Of a DNA stretch of 58,592 bases, positions 40,356 through 50,298 are shown piece after piece; position 1 is the first letter of the stretch; each line of letters starts with the position of its first letter. A model generated the notes under the pieces. That model searched no databases and had not been told where the DNA came from. It saw nothing but the letters and a program-made list of their open reading frames with translations. The translations under genes were made by a program, and so were the position numbers. Source of the DNA: Nitrospinales bacterium (GTDB taxonomy: Bacteria > Nitrospinota > Nitrospinia > Nitrospinales > VA-1); NCBI GenBank assembly GCA_022450865.1, contig JAKUOQ010000004.1:1-58592 (forward strand), read 5' to 3'.

Positions 40356-43105
40356 AATGGATTCGTTTCATCAGGTATAGGTAAGGATTCAGGCTTTTTT
40401 TCGGTTTCCTGAAAAATATCGTAGGAAAACTCAATAATTCCCTCTTTTTTTTTATCCTGCGGTAGCTCTGTCGTCAAATCACTATCTCCCTCCATTATAG
40501 GCTCTGGCCGCGGTTTTGGTTTTAAATTTATAGGTGGTTTGTGTGCCTCGTTTGGTATTTCTATTTCGACAAATCGGTTTTTCTCAACATCGTAGAAAAG
40601 ATCTTCGCGTGGTTGCGATTCTCCTAAATTGTTATCACGAATATGATGTTTAATGTCATAAGGGAATTCTCTCCGACTCAATAGTCTAGAAAATTTTAAT
40701 TCTCTCAAATTGAGGGAACGAAATGCTCGATACCGGTTTGAAGGTTTCTGCAAAGCAGTGATCTCATTTTTATTTAGAAAACGCGATTTGTCTTGCGGAA
40801 AGAGGGTTTGTAATGCTTGCCCATTAGGGTCTATGCCTTGTTTGAGTTGGAAGTTCTTGTCAACCTGATTACTCTGTTTCAATCTGGAGAAAAATTGTCC
40901 AGCATTTTGAATGGATATTTTTAGGGAATCACCAAGACCGACCGATAAAGAGTTTTGATGACAGTTTTCACAGGAACGAACTGTTTTTCGGATTGTGTGG
41001 GGTGAATAATCTGTCCAAATCAACCCGGCAGAATTGTTAAGTGTTAAGGGAGGCTCTGCCCTTTTTAGGGGAAGTCCTGATGTGCCGGTTTGGTCGGTAA
41101 TAAAATATTGATAGCGAGGTTTTATTATAGAGTACTTGCCACGCGAGTTTTTACCCATAATCATTTCTGACCATCCGGAATCAGAAAACAGGGACCACCA
41201 ATATTCATTTATTGTATCGGCTTTAATTTTCTTTGGTAGTGATTTAGCGGTCAACCAATCAAGCATTCCGGGTTTTTCATTAGAGGGGTCCGCGGGGAAA
41301 CGCATTGGATCTGATAGGTTCCAGTTTCCCCATTTTCTAGGAGCGAAAACTTTTTCTCGTATAACATGCATACCCCAATCTATTGCTGCCCAACGGGCAT
41401 GGCAGGTCGAGCATTCCATTTTTTGCATATGTTTTGGAATCTGGTGTGCGATAGAAGGTTTAAAGTTTTTGAGTAAGGGAATAATATGTTTCTTTCCTGT
41501 TATCTTGGAATACAAAACCCAGTTCTTTTTAATCTTTTTAATATGCGGCATTGGTGAGCCACTTGAATTAACCAAAACGGTATCCCCTGCCCTGACTTTT
41601 TTCTTGAGGTTAGGGTTGAGATCGTTACGTGCTAATAATTTTTTTGCGTTCAGGTCTGACTCGATTAACAAGTATTCTTCAGGAGTTTTTTCCTGGGTGC
41701 CATGGCAATCGATACAGCGGATTTGTACTCCTGATTGGAGTTGATCTGGTTCTATTTCAGGTTTTATTTCTTCGCCAATATGACAGTCGATGCAGTGCAT
41801 CCCTTTTTCGCGATGGATATCAGGGACGAGAAACTCGTGATCTTTACCGTATAGAACAGGTTTTTCTGCATTAATTTGAATGGGTGTTTCCATAGGCCGT
41901 GATGGTTTTGCAAACAGACCTTCGAATTCTTGACCCACACCGTTATTGTTGTGGCAATGTTCGCATTGAACGCTAGGGACAGCGACCGTGAACTTATGGA
42001 GCAGGGGATAGCCACGTGGATTATTCAAAGAATTTTCTGCGAATTTTCTGGTAAAACGATTTTGTTTTTTATTTTTACTTTGAACTTTTTGTATGGCCCT
42101 ATCGTGAGATAATGAGACTCCGTCGTTCGAGTAAATCATGTGACAGGAAGAACAACCTGATGCCCTGTAATCTCCAGGGCGATGCGGACTTTCCGAACCA
42201 ATATGGCAACGCAGGCATTTTGTTCGAAGAAACCTGTCTACGGCATGACCTTCTGTCACAGAGGGGAAGGCTTGCTCGTTGTCATCCGCTTTTAAAGAAA
42301 CGGGAATTTCATCGATAGGCTGAGCACCCCAACCAAATCGGGTGATATTGATGGTTCTTTTAGCGGTAAACATGAGAGACCGTTCCACCTTGTTAACATG
42401 GTTTTCATGGCATTTCCCACAGAATCGGGGAGCGTTTTTTGCTGAAGATGGATTGGCAACAAGGCCTGTATGAGCTCTAGGTAATGAGTTGGATCGCCTG
42501 TTGCCACCATGGCAACGAACACATGAGAAACGGTGGTTTTTGCTGATCCGTTCAATTCCTTGGTGGCAGGTATAGCATCCCCCTCTTCTTTCTAAATATT
42601 CTATTTCTCCATAAACATCTTTAATTGAAAAATTCGATTCTTTGTAGAAATTCTCAATAAACTTATTGGAATCTCCATAGGATTGAAAATTTACTCCATC
42701 CAAAGTGGTACCCGGTTGTAGGACTTTTTCCGTATTTTTCTGGAACCCCCTCACACGAAAAAAAGGGTCTTCAAAATCGGAAGCATCAATTTGAACCTTT
42801 GGAAGCGGAGAGGGTACCTCCACCATTTCTTTTATTTTTAAATTTGTCTCAGGCTTGGGAACAATTTCTACCTCTTCAATTTTTACATCTTCTAAATTGG
42901 ATTCTGGTTTTAGGAAGAAATCTAGTGTCTCAGACGATTCTTTTTCAGTCCGAGTTCTAATTGATTCATCACCATTATTGTCGTCAAAAAAGTCATTAAA
43001 ATTTTTTTCATTTGTCACTTGACCTACAGAATAGGAGGGGAAAGTGCCTAGACAGAATCCTCCAGTAAGAATCAGCGATAGAATAATTTGTGATAATTTG
43101 TTCAC
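40352..43105 (-). CDS. Decaheme cytochrome c (917 aa)
   Basis: Signal peptide; CYTCH, CVRCH, CGKCH, CLRCH, CSSCH, CEHCH, CIDCH x2, CSTCH, CENCH. Confidence 0.9.
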   Translation of the reverse strand: MNKLSQIILSLILTGGFCLGTFPSYSVGQVTNEKNFNDFFDDNNGDESIRTRTEKESSETLDFFLKPESNLEDVKIEEVEIVPKPETNLKIKEMVEVPSPLPKVQIDASDFEDPFFRVRGFQKNTEKVLQPGTTLDGVNFQSYGDSNKFIENFYKESNFSIKDVYGEIEYLERRGGCYTCHQGIERISKNHRFSCVRCHGGNRRSNSLPRAHTGLVANPSSAKNAPRFCGKCHENHVNKVERSLMFTAKRTINITRFGWGAQPIDEIPVSLKADDNEQAFPSVTEGHAVDRFLRTKCLRCHIGSESPHRPGDYRASGCSSCHMIYSNDGVSLSHDRAIQKVQSKNKKQNRFTRKFAENSLNNPRGYPLLHKFTVAVPSVQCEHCHNNNGVGQEFEGLFAKPSRPMETPIQINAEKPVLYGKDHEFLVPDIHREKGMHCIDCHIGEEIKPEIEPDQLQSGVQIRCIDCHGTQEKTPEEYLLIESDLNAKKLLARNDLNPNLKKKVRAGDTVLVNSSGSPMPHIKKIKKNWVLYSKITGKKHIIPLLKNFKPSIAHQIPKHMQKMECSTCHARWAAIDWGMHVIREKVFAPRKWGNWNLSDPMRFPADPSNEKPGMLDWLTAKSLPKKIKADTINEYWWSLFSDSGWSEMIMGKNSRGKYSIIKPRYQYFITDQTGTSGLPLKRAEPPLTLNNSAGLIWTDYSPHTIRKTVRSCENCHQNSLSVGLGDSLKISIQNAGQFFSRLKQSNQVDKNFQLKQGIDPNGQALQTLFPQDKSRFLNKNEITALQKPSNRYRAFRSLNLRELKFSRLLSRREFPYDIKHHIRDNNLGESQPREDLFYDVEKNRFVEIEIPNEAHKPPINLKPKPRPEPIMEGDSDLTTELPQDKKKEGIIEFSYDIFQETEKKPESLPIPDETNPL

Positions 43106-45447
43106 GGCTGAATTTGCCTTGAATTTAATATTTGTTCCCGCAATTGACGATGCTCAAGCGTGCTTGCGAAGGCATAACTTTTCTTAATGTCTTGGTAAAT
43201 ACGGTCGCCATATCGATCGTGGCAGGGAATACAATTACCTACCCTCAAAATTCGTATTATCTCTTTTTGGTTAAAGGGTCTTGCTTTGAGCTGATGACTC
43301 CCTGCAAGAACTTCTCCTCGTATTGAGACTTTTGCCTGAGGATCAAACACTGATGCTTGGGTCTTTTCGTCTAATCGATTTAATGGAACAAGCGAATCAT
43401 TTTTTCCGGTATTGTTTGCTCCAATTTTCAAGTCGCCTTTTCCTAAACCTAAAGTCTCGGGAGATAAATGGCAACTCTCGCAGGAGCGTACTTTAGTGCC
43501 TGTAGAATGAGGATTAAGTGAATATGCTAGATTTGATCCCGAAGAGGTATCGGGATTTGTAAAATGCCATTTTTGATATTTTCCTCGGTGTTGTCCTATA
43601 GATCCCAATGCTAATATTGGATTACCTTTCTCGTCCAGCATGGAAAAATGTCTTTCGGGTTGCGCAAACATAGGGGCGACTTTTCCACGGGGTCCGATCA
43701 TAAGGTAGGGTTGCTGAATTTTTATGGGAGTCTTTTCTGAAGTTTTTAACTCGACCTGTCCTAATTTCATGGATGCATGGCAACTCTGGCATTCCACTAT
43801 TGATTGGGAGTGGCATGCAGTACATTCTAAACGAGATTGATGTTGGGGAATAAAATGGATCTGTTTGTTTCGAAGTAGAGGAATATTATAAACACGGCCA
43901 CTTCGCTTTCCGATCGTAACCATTTTCCCATTTTGTACTTTAACGTTAGTCATGCGCTTTTTTCTTTTGGAAACAGCCATCCAGTCTCCAACAGAGTTTG
44001 GTTTGCCTTTATAATGTTTGCTTAGTCTAATGACCGCATCGTCTAGTTCTGTAACTTTCGATATCATGGGATAGGTACTGTCATTTCCATGACAGGTTTC
44101 GCAACGAATTTCCACAGCTTGATGTTGTTTTGAATAGAGATTTCCGTCTCCCATGATATCCCTTTGTGTGTGGCAGTCGATGCAGTCCAAACCGCGAGCG
44201 GTATGAACATCGATCTGAACATTTCCCTTTCCAGTAAAAAGCGATAGTTCTTCTTCCTCGGCAGACTTGTTATCCTCTTTTTGGGATTCCACAGTAAGTA
44301 ATTCTTCATTGTTCATCATTGCAGAAAACCCTTCGCTCACTTGTTGCTGTTCAACCTCCTCCTCCTGTTGCTGTAGGGTTTCTTCTGGCATATTTTTAGC
44401 TTCTTCATTTTGATTAATTGGCCCTACTATAATATTTTTAACTGGGGAAGGTTCATTGCCCAAAGTTTGTATAGAAAACCTTTGATGGCATTGAACGCAA
44501 ATTTTTCGTTTGGGCAAGGCTTGGATCTGATGAAGTTTTGCATGGCCTGGTTGCGTTTTGGAAATGGTCGGGTCATTGCCTTCATAGAGGCCCGTTTTCG
44601 AATAAGCAAAATGACAAGCAGCGCAACCCTGAGATCGGTATTGGCCTGGCGGTGGTGGAGAATCAATATGGCATTGAAAACACTTCTGGCGTAAAAGACG
44701 ATCACTGGGATGTTTAGAAATTGGTTGAATAGTATTTTTGTCAGATTCAGGGATATCTAAATAAGAAAAGTAGGGGAGTTTGTCCAGTTTTTCCAAGGCA
44801 CCCCATTCATGCGGTATATTTCCATCTTTATCTGAAATAGCCCTCTTTGCATAGCGTGCGGTCTTTTTACTTTGTCCAGCCCATTGGTAACGCAGACCGG
44901 AAATCATTCCGGCCAAAGTGTTCATCATAGACTTATTTAGCCGTTGAATATGGTTTCGGTCTTCGCGAATATGACCGGAGTGACAATAAAGTTGTCCGCA
45001 GGACTGCTCCACTACACTGAGGCTCGACGGGTTCCGTTTTCCCGTCCCCGCCTGAGGATCATAAATCAATGTTGCATGAGCTTGGTTTTTATCTACCGAT
45101 TCTGGTTCGCCACCATGGCAAATAGCGCATCCGAATTCAGGGGGATGAGATGAACTGACACTAGAAATGCCATCGTGACAAGTAATGCAGCGTTCTACTG
45201 TACGATTTTTGTAGCTGGATATTTTCACCCAAGGGTAATCCGGTAAGATTGCAGTGATCCGCATTTCCTTAATATGAGGTTCCTGAGTTCTCCAAAAATA
45301 GGCCGTTTCATAGTCGCTTGCCTTGTCTGCGTTCGCTTGAAAGAATTGGCCCTGCCAAAAAATCCAGTCTTTTTCTTGAGCGAACACAGAGCAGACCCCC
45401 ATTAGGGTAATGAATAAAACCGTCAGCCCCTTTTTGAAAGTGAACAC
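43102..45447 (-). CDS. Multiheme cytochrome c with 11 CXXCH + 1 CX4CH (781 aa)
   Basis: Signal peptide; CITCH, CAICH, CGQLYCH, CFQCH, CAACH, CVQCH, CIDCH, CETCH, CTACH, CQSCH, CESCH, CIPCH. Confidence 0.9.
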   Translation of the reverse strand: MFTFKKGLTVLFITLMGVCSVFAQEKDWIFWQGQFFQANADKASDYETAYFWRTQEPHIKEMRITAILPDYPWVKISSYKNRTVERCITCHDGISSVSSSHPPEFGCAICHGGEPESVDKNQAHATLIYDPQAGTGKRNPSSLSVVEQSCGQLYCHSGHIREDRNHIQRLNKSMMNTLAGMISGLRYQWAGQSKKTARYAKRAISDKDGNIPHEWGALEKLDKLPYFSYLDIPESDKNTIQPISKHPSDRLLRQKCFQCHIDSPPPPGQYRSQGCAACHFAYSKTGLYEGNDPTISKTQPGHAKLHQIQALPKRKICVQCHQRFSIQTLGNEPSPVKNIIVGPINQNEEAKNMPEETLQQQEEEVEQQQVSEGFSAMMNNEELLTVESQKEDNKSAEEEELSLFTGKGNVQIDVHTARGLDCIDCHTQRDIMGDGNLYSKQHQAVEIRCETCHGNDSTYPMISKVTELDDAVIRLSKHYKGKPNSVGDWMAVSKRKKRMTNVKVQNGKMVTIGKRSGRVYNIPLLRNKQIHFIPQHQSRLECTACHSQSIVECQSCHASMKLGQVELKTSEKTPIKIQQPYLMIGPRGKVAPMFAQPERHFSMLDEKGNPILALGSIGQHRGKYQKWHFTNPDTSSGSNLAYSLNPHSTGTKVRSCESCHLSPETLGLGKGDLKIGANNTGKNDSLVPLNRLDEKTQASVFDPQAKVSIRGEVLAGSHQLKARPFNQKEIIRILRVGNCIPCHDRYGDRIYQDIKKSYAFASTLEHRQLREQILNSRQIQP

Positions 45448-45702
45448 AGTAGTTTGCTGTGAAGTGAGCGAGAAGTTAAGAAATCAACCAGACCGCACAA
45501 ACGAATCAGGTGGGTGAATCGTGTCAAATGTAAACGTTGTTCAGATAACTTTTTAATTCATCAAAATAGTTTAGAATTCTATCTGATAAATTTTTCTTCG
45601 TTACCAGGTCAACAGTAGCTCCCAACACCTATTGGTATGGATCTATAACCACCCCTAAGCCTTTTATGAAACAACTCAGGGTGCGGAATTTCATTAAAGG
45701 GT

Positions 45703-46206
45703 TCAATAAATAGGATTATGAAAATAATATAAGGCGTCATCTCCTGGAGTGATGCTGTAATCAGGCAAGCTAGAACAATGTTCAAGTGTTATTTTCCAAC
45801 TAGAACCTTCTTTGACAAAACTATAATTACAGACGCTGTGCTGACGCTCGTCGTTGTCAACAGATTTGGAAGTAACGCTTGCGATTTCATCAACCAGTAC
45901 ATAGCCCACCTTGTTGCCAGCATGCCCAGAGAGAACTTGACGCTGTACCTGACATTTAATACCACGGAAGTCAGCCATCATTTGCTTATAGGCCTTTACC
46001 CTGTTTTCTAATAGGGCACGCTTGTCGTCTTCCATGATAACTCGGTCTTTACCATAAAAACCGAGAAGCTTTTCTGGTTGAGTACAAGCGATGCCATCCA
46101 TTTTATTTAAGATATTGGCATACACATCCGTATCCGCAGCCAAGGCGTTGTTATTGATTACCAGGGACATAATGAAAACCATCCCGGTGAATAAGAAGCG
46201 CTTCAT
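45703..46206 (-). CDS. Secreted NTF2/SnoaL-like protein
   Basis: Signal peptide ALA-AD; C-terminal FVKEGSSWKITLEHCS strand typical of the NTF2 fold; four Cys. Confidence 0.65.
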   Translation of the reverse strand: MKRFLFTGMVFIMSLVINNNALAADTDVYANILNKMDGIACTQPEKLLGFYGKDRVIMEDDKRALLENRVKAYKQMMADFRGIKCQVQRQVLSGHAGNKVGYVLVDEIASVTSKSVDNDERQHSVCNYSFVKEGSSWKITLEHCSSLPDYSITPGDDALYYFHNPIY

Positions 46207-46279
46207 TTTAAAGTTTCTCCAGAAAAAAATTAAAAAGGTCAATATGCTCTAATTTAAACCACTAAAAAAGTGAGATAAA

Positions 46280-48454
46280 TCAGGGGAATTTGTGTAAATA
46301 AATTTCTACAGTTTCGCCATCTTGGGCCCATCCGAAATTTCCAGTTCCCGCAAAAGTGGAAATGATTCCGTTTGCATCCACTTTCCTGATCCGGTTATTT
46401 CCCATGTCTGTAATATACATATTGTTTTTAGAATCAAATGCAATAGCCAAGGGACTTTTAAGCATGGCTTTAGTTGCCGGACCGCCATCTCCAGAATAAC
46501 CCTGATAGCCTCTGCCAGCTACTTTTACTATTTTTCCGTCACTAGTCACTTTTCTAATCATGTTTGAATTCATTCCTACAATATGAAGCTCTCCTTTTGG
46601 ACTGACTTTTAAATAGTCCATGTTGCGGATGCTTGCTTTCAACGCAGGGCCTCCATCACCAGCATTATCATGTTTGCCATTTCCTGCAATAGTTGAAACG
46701 ATACCCTTTGTGTCAATCTTTCGAATTAAATTGTTGGCACCATCTGCGATATACAGGTTTCCTTCTTTATCTGTAGCCAATGCACATGGGTCGCGAAATG
46801 CCGCTTCGCTTGCCGGGCCTCCATCTCCATAAAATCCGGACTCACCCGTTCCAGCTATGGTGGTGACATTGCCTTTAGTATCTATTTTTCGGATCTGATG
46901 ATTGAGCCTGTCAGAAATAAACATATTACCTTTTTGATCGAAAGCGAAATCTGAAAAAGTAGTAATCGTAGCAAGCTCTCCGGTTTGTACCTTACCCTTG
47001 TATTTGCTTTTCGATATCGACTCCAAGTAACTGGGGGTCACCGTGTCTAGAAATTTTCGCATGATCCCTTTTTCATCAATTTTTCGAATCAAGCTCACAA
47101 ATCCGCTAGGACTAATGATAAATATTTCTCCTTTATTGTTCAGCTTCAAAGAGGTGGCACCATAAATGGAGGCTTCTATGGCTGGGAGCCCGTCCCCAAT
47201 ATTTCCTCTGATACCGTTTCCGACAATGGTGTGAATAATGCCCTCGGGAGAAATTTTGCGAATGCGATAGTTTCCCTTATCAGAAACAATCACATTATCT
47301 TTATTATCAACTGTGATTCCATGAGGGAAACTCAAAGTGGCTCCTGTCGCAGGTCCGCCGTCTCCAGCAAACATTTTATTGCCATTACCTGCGATGGTTT
47401 CTACGCCGCCTCTTTTTAAGTTAATACTGCGAATACGGTAATGCGATCGATCAATTACCAGTAAATTCCCTTCAGGGTTTAAGGCTACGCCAAAAGGAAG
47501 GTGAAGGTTAGTCTCGTGTGCTACTTCGGAATCTCCGTTGTAGTCTTGTTTTCCAGTTCCCGCAACAGTGGTGATCATTCCTTGTCGATCCACTGCACGG
47601 ATACGGTTATTTTCTCGGTCAGCAATATAAAGGGTGCCTTGATCATCGACTACGACACCTGTTGGCCCGGCAATACTGGCTCTATAGGCAGGTCCGTTAT
47701 CGCCCATCATAAAATAACCACCATCACCTGCCACGGTGGTGATGATTCCTTGCGTATTGACCTTGCGGACCCGGTTATTACCGCGATCTGCTATATATAA
47801 ATTTCCTTTTCTATCGAAAGCGATTCCAAAGGGTTTGTCCAGAGTAGCTTGCAGGGCGGGTCCGGAATCACCTTTAAAGCCTTCTTGCCCGTTTCCCGCA
47901 TAGGTACGGATATTGCCATTGGAGTCGATCGTACGGATGCGTTCGTTGGACCGATCTGAAAAATATAAATTACCTTTTTTGTCAAAAGCAATTCCAGATG
48001 GATGATTTAATTGTGCTTTGGTAGCAGGCCCCTTATCACCACTAAAACCAGCAGTCCCTGTTCCCGCAATGGTACTTATCGTTCCTCGGGTATCTACTTT
48101 ACGGATACGATGATTATTTCTGTCCGCGATATATAGGTTTCCGCTCTTATCAAAAGCCAGTCCAGCAGGTACATTCAATCTAGCTTCAATGGCCTTGCCG
48201 CCATCACCACTGAAACCGGAAGAACCGTTTCCTGCGTAGGTAGTCATATTACCCTTGAGATCAATACGACTGATAATATTATTGTCACGCATGGCAATAT
48301 AAACATTGCCTCTTTTATCCACAGCGATTCCATCCACCAGAGAAACTTCTGTTTTAGTGGCTGAAAGAACTTTAGCCAAAACCTCACTATCCAGGAAGAA
48401 ACTTCCTAGAAAAGAAGTTAGGATTGCCAATAAGAAAAAATGTTTTTTTAACAT
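46280..48454 (-). CDS. Secreted NHL-repeat (teneurin-like) beta-propeller protein
   Basis: Signal peptide; about 12 repeats of GDGGPA..A....P.G.A.D..GN.YIAD..N.RIRK. Confidence 0.88.
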   Translation of the reverse strand: MLKKHFFLLAILTSFLGSFFLDSEVLAKVLSATKTEVSLVDGIAVDKRGNVYIAMRDNNIISRIDLKGNMTTYAGNGSSGFSGDGGKAIEARLNVPAGLAFDKSGNLYIADRNNHRIRKVDTRGTISTIAGTGTAGFSGDKGPATKAQLNHPSGIAFDKKGNLYFSDRSNERIRTIDSNGNIRTYAGNGQEGFKGDSGPALQATLDKPFGIAFDRKGNLYIADRGNNRVRKVNTQGIITTVAGDGGYFMMGDNGPAYRASIAGPTGVVVDDQGTLYIADRENNRIRAVDRQGMITTVAGTGKQDYNGDSEVAHETNLHLPFGVALNPEGNLLVIDRSHYRIRSINLKRGGVETIAGNGNKMFAGDGGPATGATLSFPHGITVDNKDNVIVSDKGNYRIRKISPEGIIHTIVGNGIRGNIGDGLPAIEASIYGATSLKLNNKGEIFIISPSGFVSLIRKIDEKGIMRKFLDTVTPSYLESISKSKYKGKVQTGELATITTFSDFAFDQKGNMFISDRLNHQIRKIDTKGNVTTIAGTGESGFYGDGGPASEAAFRDPCALATDKEGNLYIADGANNLIRKIDTKGIVSTIAGNGKHDNAGDGGPALKASIRNMDYLKVSPKGELHIVGMNSNMIRKVTSDGKIVKVAGRGYQGYSGDGGPATKAMLKSPLAIAFDSKNNMYITDMGNNRIRKVDANGIISTFAGTGNFGWAQDGETVEIYLHKFP

Positions 48455-48590
48455 GTTAAAAACCTCTTCGTGGACCATAGTAAAAAAATAAAAAACTACC
48501 CCTTAAATCCCATCCAACTTAAATGAAATTCATCAGGGATTAATTGAATTGATTCAGTAATCAAACCTTAAATGTTTTATAAAGTAGATA

Positions 48591-48618
48591 ATTATACGTT
48601 GCCCAAATTTGTTGTCAA
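48591..48618 (-). promoter_or_regulatory. Consensus sigma70 promoter for the NHL gene
   Basis: TTGACA-16 nt-TATAAT. Confidence 0.7.
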
Positions 48619-48826
48619 ATGAATTCAAGAGCTCGTTTGAGTTGGAATAGCGATGTGCCCTCAGCTAGGAATTACAACTAATTTTAAGATTGTAATCCCG
48701 TAATTTTTAAATTACATCGGGCTTATGCGAGGGGGGGGATATCTGGGAATACGGTAAAAAGGGGAAATTTTTTACAAGTTTATATGGCAGATTATAATGG
48801 ACGTTGGGAATAATACGAACTATTTG

Positions 48827-50026
48827 CTAACCGGGCTCGATTTTAAGAAACCTTTTCTTGCCCACTTTAATCATATAAGCCTTGTCCCCGGAAAACGCCT
48901 GATTCACATCTGATATTTTTTCCCCATTCACTGTCACGGATCCTTGCTGAATCAATCTTCGGGCTGCCGAAGTACTATCGGTCAATTTATTTTCTTTGAG
49001 AATATTACAAATGCTGCGCGTTTCTTGTCCCCACCCTTTGATGACCGGAATATCTTCGGGGAGGTTCTTTTTCTTGAATACATTTTCAAATTCATCAGAA
49101 GCGGTTTCTGCTAAGTCTGATGAATGATAGAGAGCAACTATTTCTTTGGCTAATTTCATTTTGGCATTCTTTGGATTTAATTCCCCCGATTTTGCCTGTT
49201 CTTGCATCGCACTGAGCTCATCTGTGGATATTTGGCTTAGAAGTTCATAATACCGCCACATCAATTCATCAGAAATCGACATGATTTTTCCAAACATTTC
49301 ATTTGGGGAATCGAAGACCCCAATACTATTGCCGAGGCTCTTACTCATTTTTTGCACACCATCAGTTCCTTCCAGAAGTGGCATTGTAAGAACAATCTGT
49401 GGTTTCTGCCCATAAGCTCGCTGTAAATCACGACCTACGAGTAAATTGAATTTCTGATCGGTGCCTCCTAGTTCCACATCTGATTTTAGGGCAACAGAAT
49501 CGTAACCCTGTATTAACGGATACATCAGTTCATGAATAGATACGGGAAGATTCTTTGCCAATCTTTTTTGGAAATCATCTCTTTCCAACATACGGGCAAC
49601 GGTATAATGTGCTGCAAGTTCTATCATGTTCACAGAGCTAAACTTTCCCATCCACTCACTGTTATAAGCAACAGTAGTTTTTTCTTTATCAAGAATTTTA
49701 AATACTTGTTTCAGATAAGTTTTGGCATTTTTTTTGACTTCATCGGGCGTAAGGTTTTTTCTTGTTTCAGAGCGCCCTGTTGGGTCTCCGATCATCCCTG
49801 TGAAATCTCCTATTAGGAAAATAACTTCGTGACCCAAGTCCTGAAACTGCTTCATTTTGTGCAAAAGGACGGTGTGGCCCAGATGCAGATCAGGTGCCGT
49901 AGGGTCAAACCCGGCTTTGATTCTTAACGGCATACCCTTTTCCAACAATTGAGCTAGATCTTTTTCATCAATGATTTCAGATGTTCCCCTTCGCAGGGTC
50001 TTTAATTGTTCTTTTGCAGGCAACAT
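48827..50026 (-). CDS. tyrS: Tyrosine-tRNA ligase
   Basis: [24 protein letters not shown]-terminal S4 domain. Confidence 0.97.
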   Translation of the reverse strand: MLPAKEQLKTLRRGTSEIIDEKDLAQLLEKGMPLRIKAGFDPTAPDLHLGHTVLLHKMKQFQDLGHEVIFLIGDFTGMIGDPTGRSETRKNLTPDEVKKNAKTYLKQVFKILDKEKTTVAYNSEWMGKFSSVNMIELAAHYTVARMLERDDFQKRLAKNLPVSIHELMYPLIQGYDSVALKSDVELGGTDQKFNLLVGRDLQRAYGQKPQIVLTMPLLEGTDGVQKMSKSLGNSIGVFDSPNEMFGKIMSISDELMWRYYELLSQISTDELSAMQEQAKSGELNPKNAKMKLAKEIVALYHSSDLAETASDEFENVFKKKNLPEDIPVIKGWGQETRSICNILKENKLTDSTSAARRLIQQGSVTVNGEKISDVNQAFSGDKAYMIKVGKKRFLKIEPG

Positions 50027-50298
50027 AATTTTTTGATCAGAACATTTGATGAATTGAAAGGCTGAATTTCAAATTTAAACCCTGAAAGATGAGTTTTTCC
50101 TCTCGTGGGTTGGCCCCTATGAAATTAAATGCTTTGCCAGATAATCTAATCGGTTTGTATCTGGGTCGTTTATTGCAAATATAAGAAATGGAAGCTAACA
50201 TACCCTAGAATTTACCGCAACCGCCGCTTCAATGCACAAGGATAATAGAAAAGTTGAAAAATATCTCTAAAAATTCGATAATCTCCGAATCCAAGCAA

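Noticed and set aside
40352-45447. Selenocysteine readthrough or frameshift fusion of the multiheme genes
   Set aside because: The TGA stops form ordinary start/stop overlaps and each downstream protein has its own signal peptide
46280-48454. DNA-level repeats suggesting a CRISPR array or tandem repeat
   Set aside because: They are degenerate protein-coding NHL repeats; the same applies to the pentapeptide and FG-GAP genes
48640-48770. Twister, cobalamin or purine riboswitch, or 6S identity for the tyrS-downstream element
   Set aside because: Only short word matches (GGGAATACGGT, AAGCCCG, GAGGG); core motifs and their order are absent
50037-50201. Possible T-box or 54-aa leader ORF upstream of tyrS
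   Set aside because: No T-box consensus (GGTGGNACC) or specifier loop seen; ORF lacks an SD and a Tyr-rich signature
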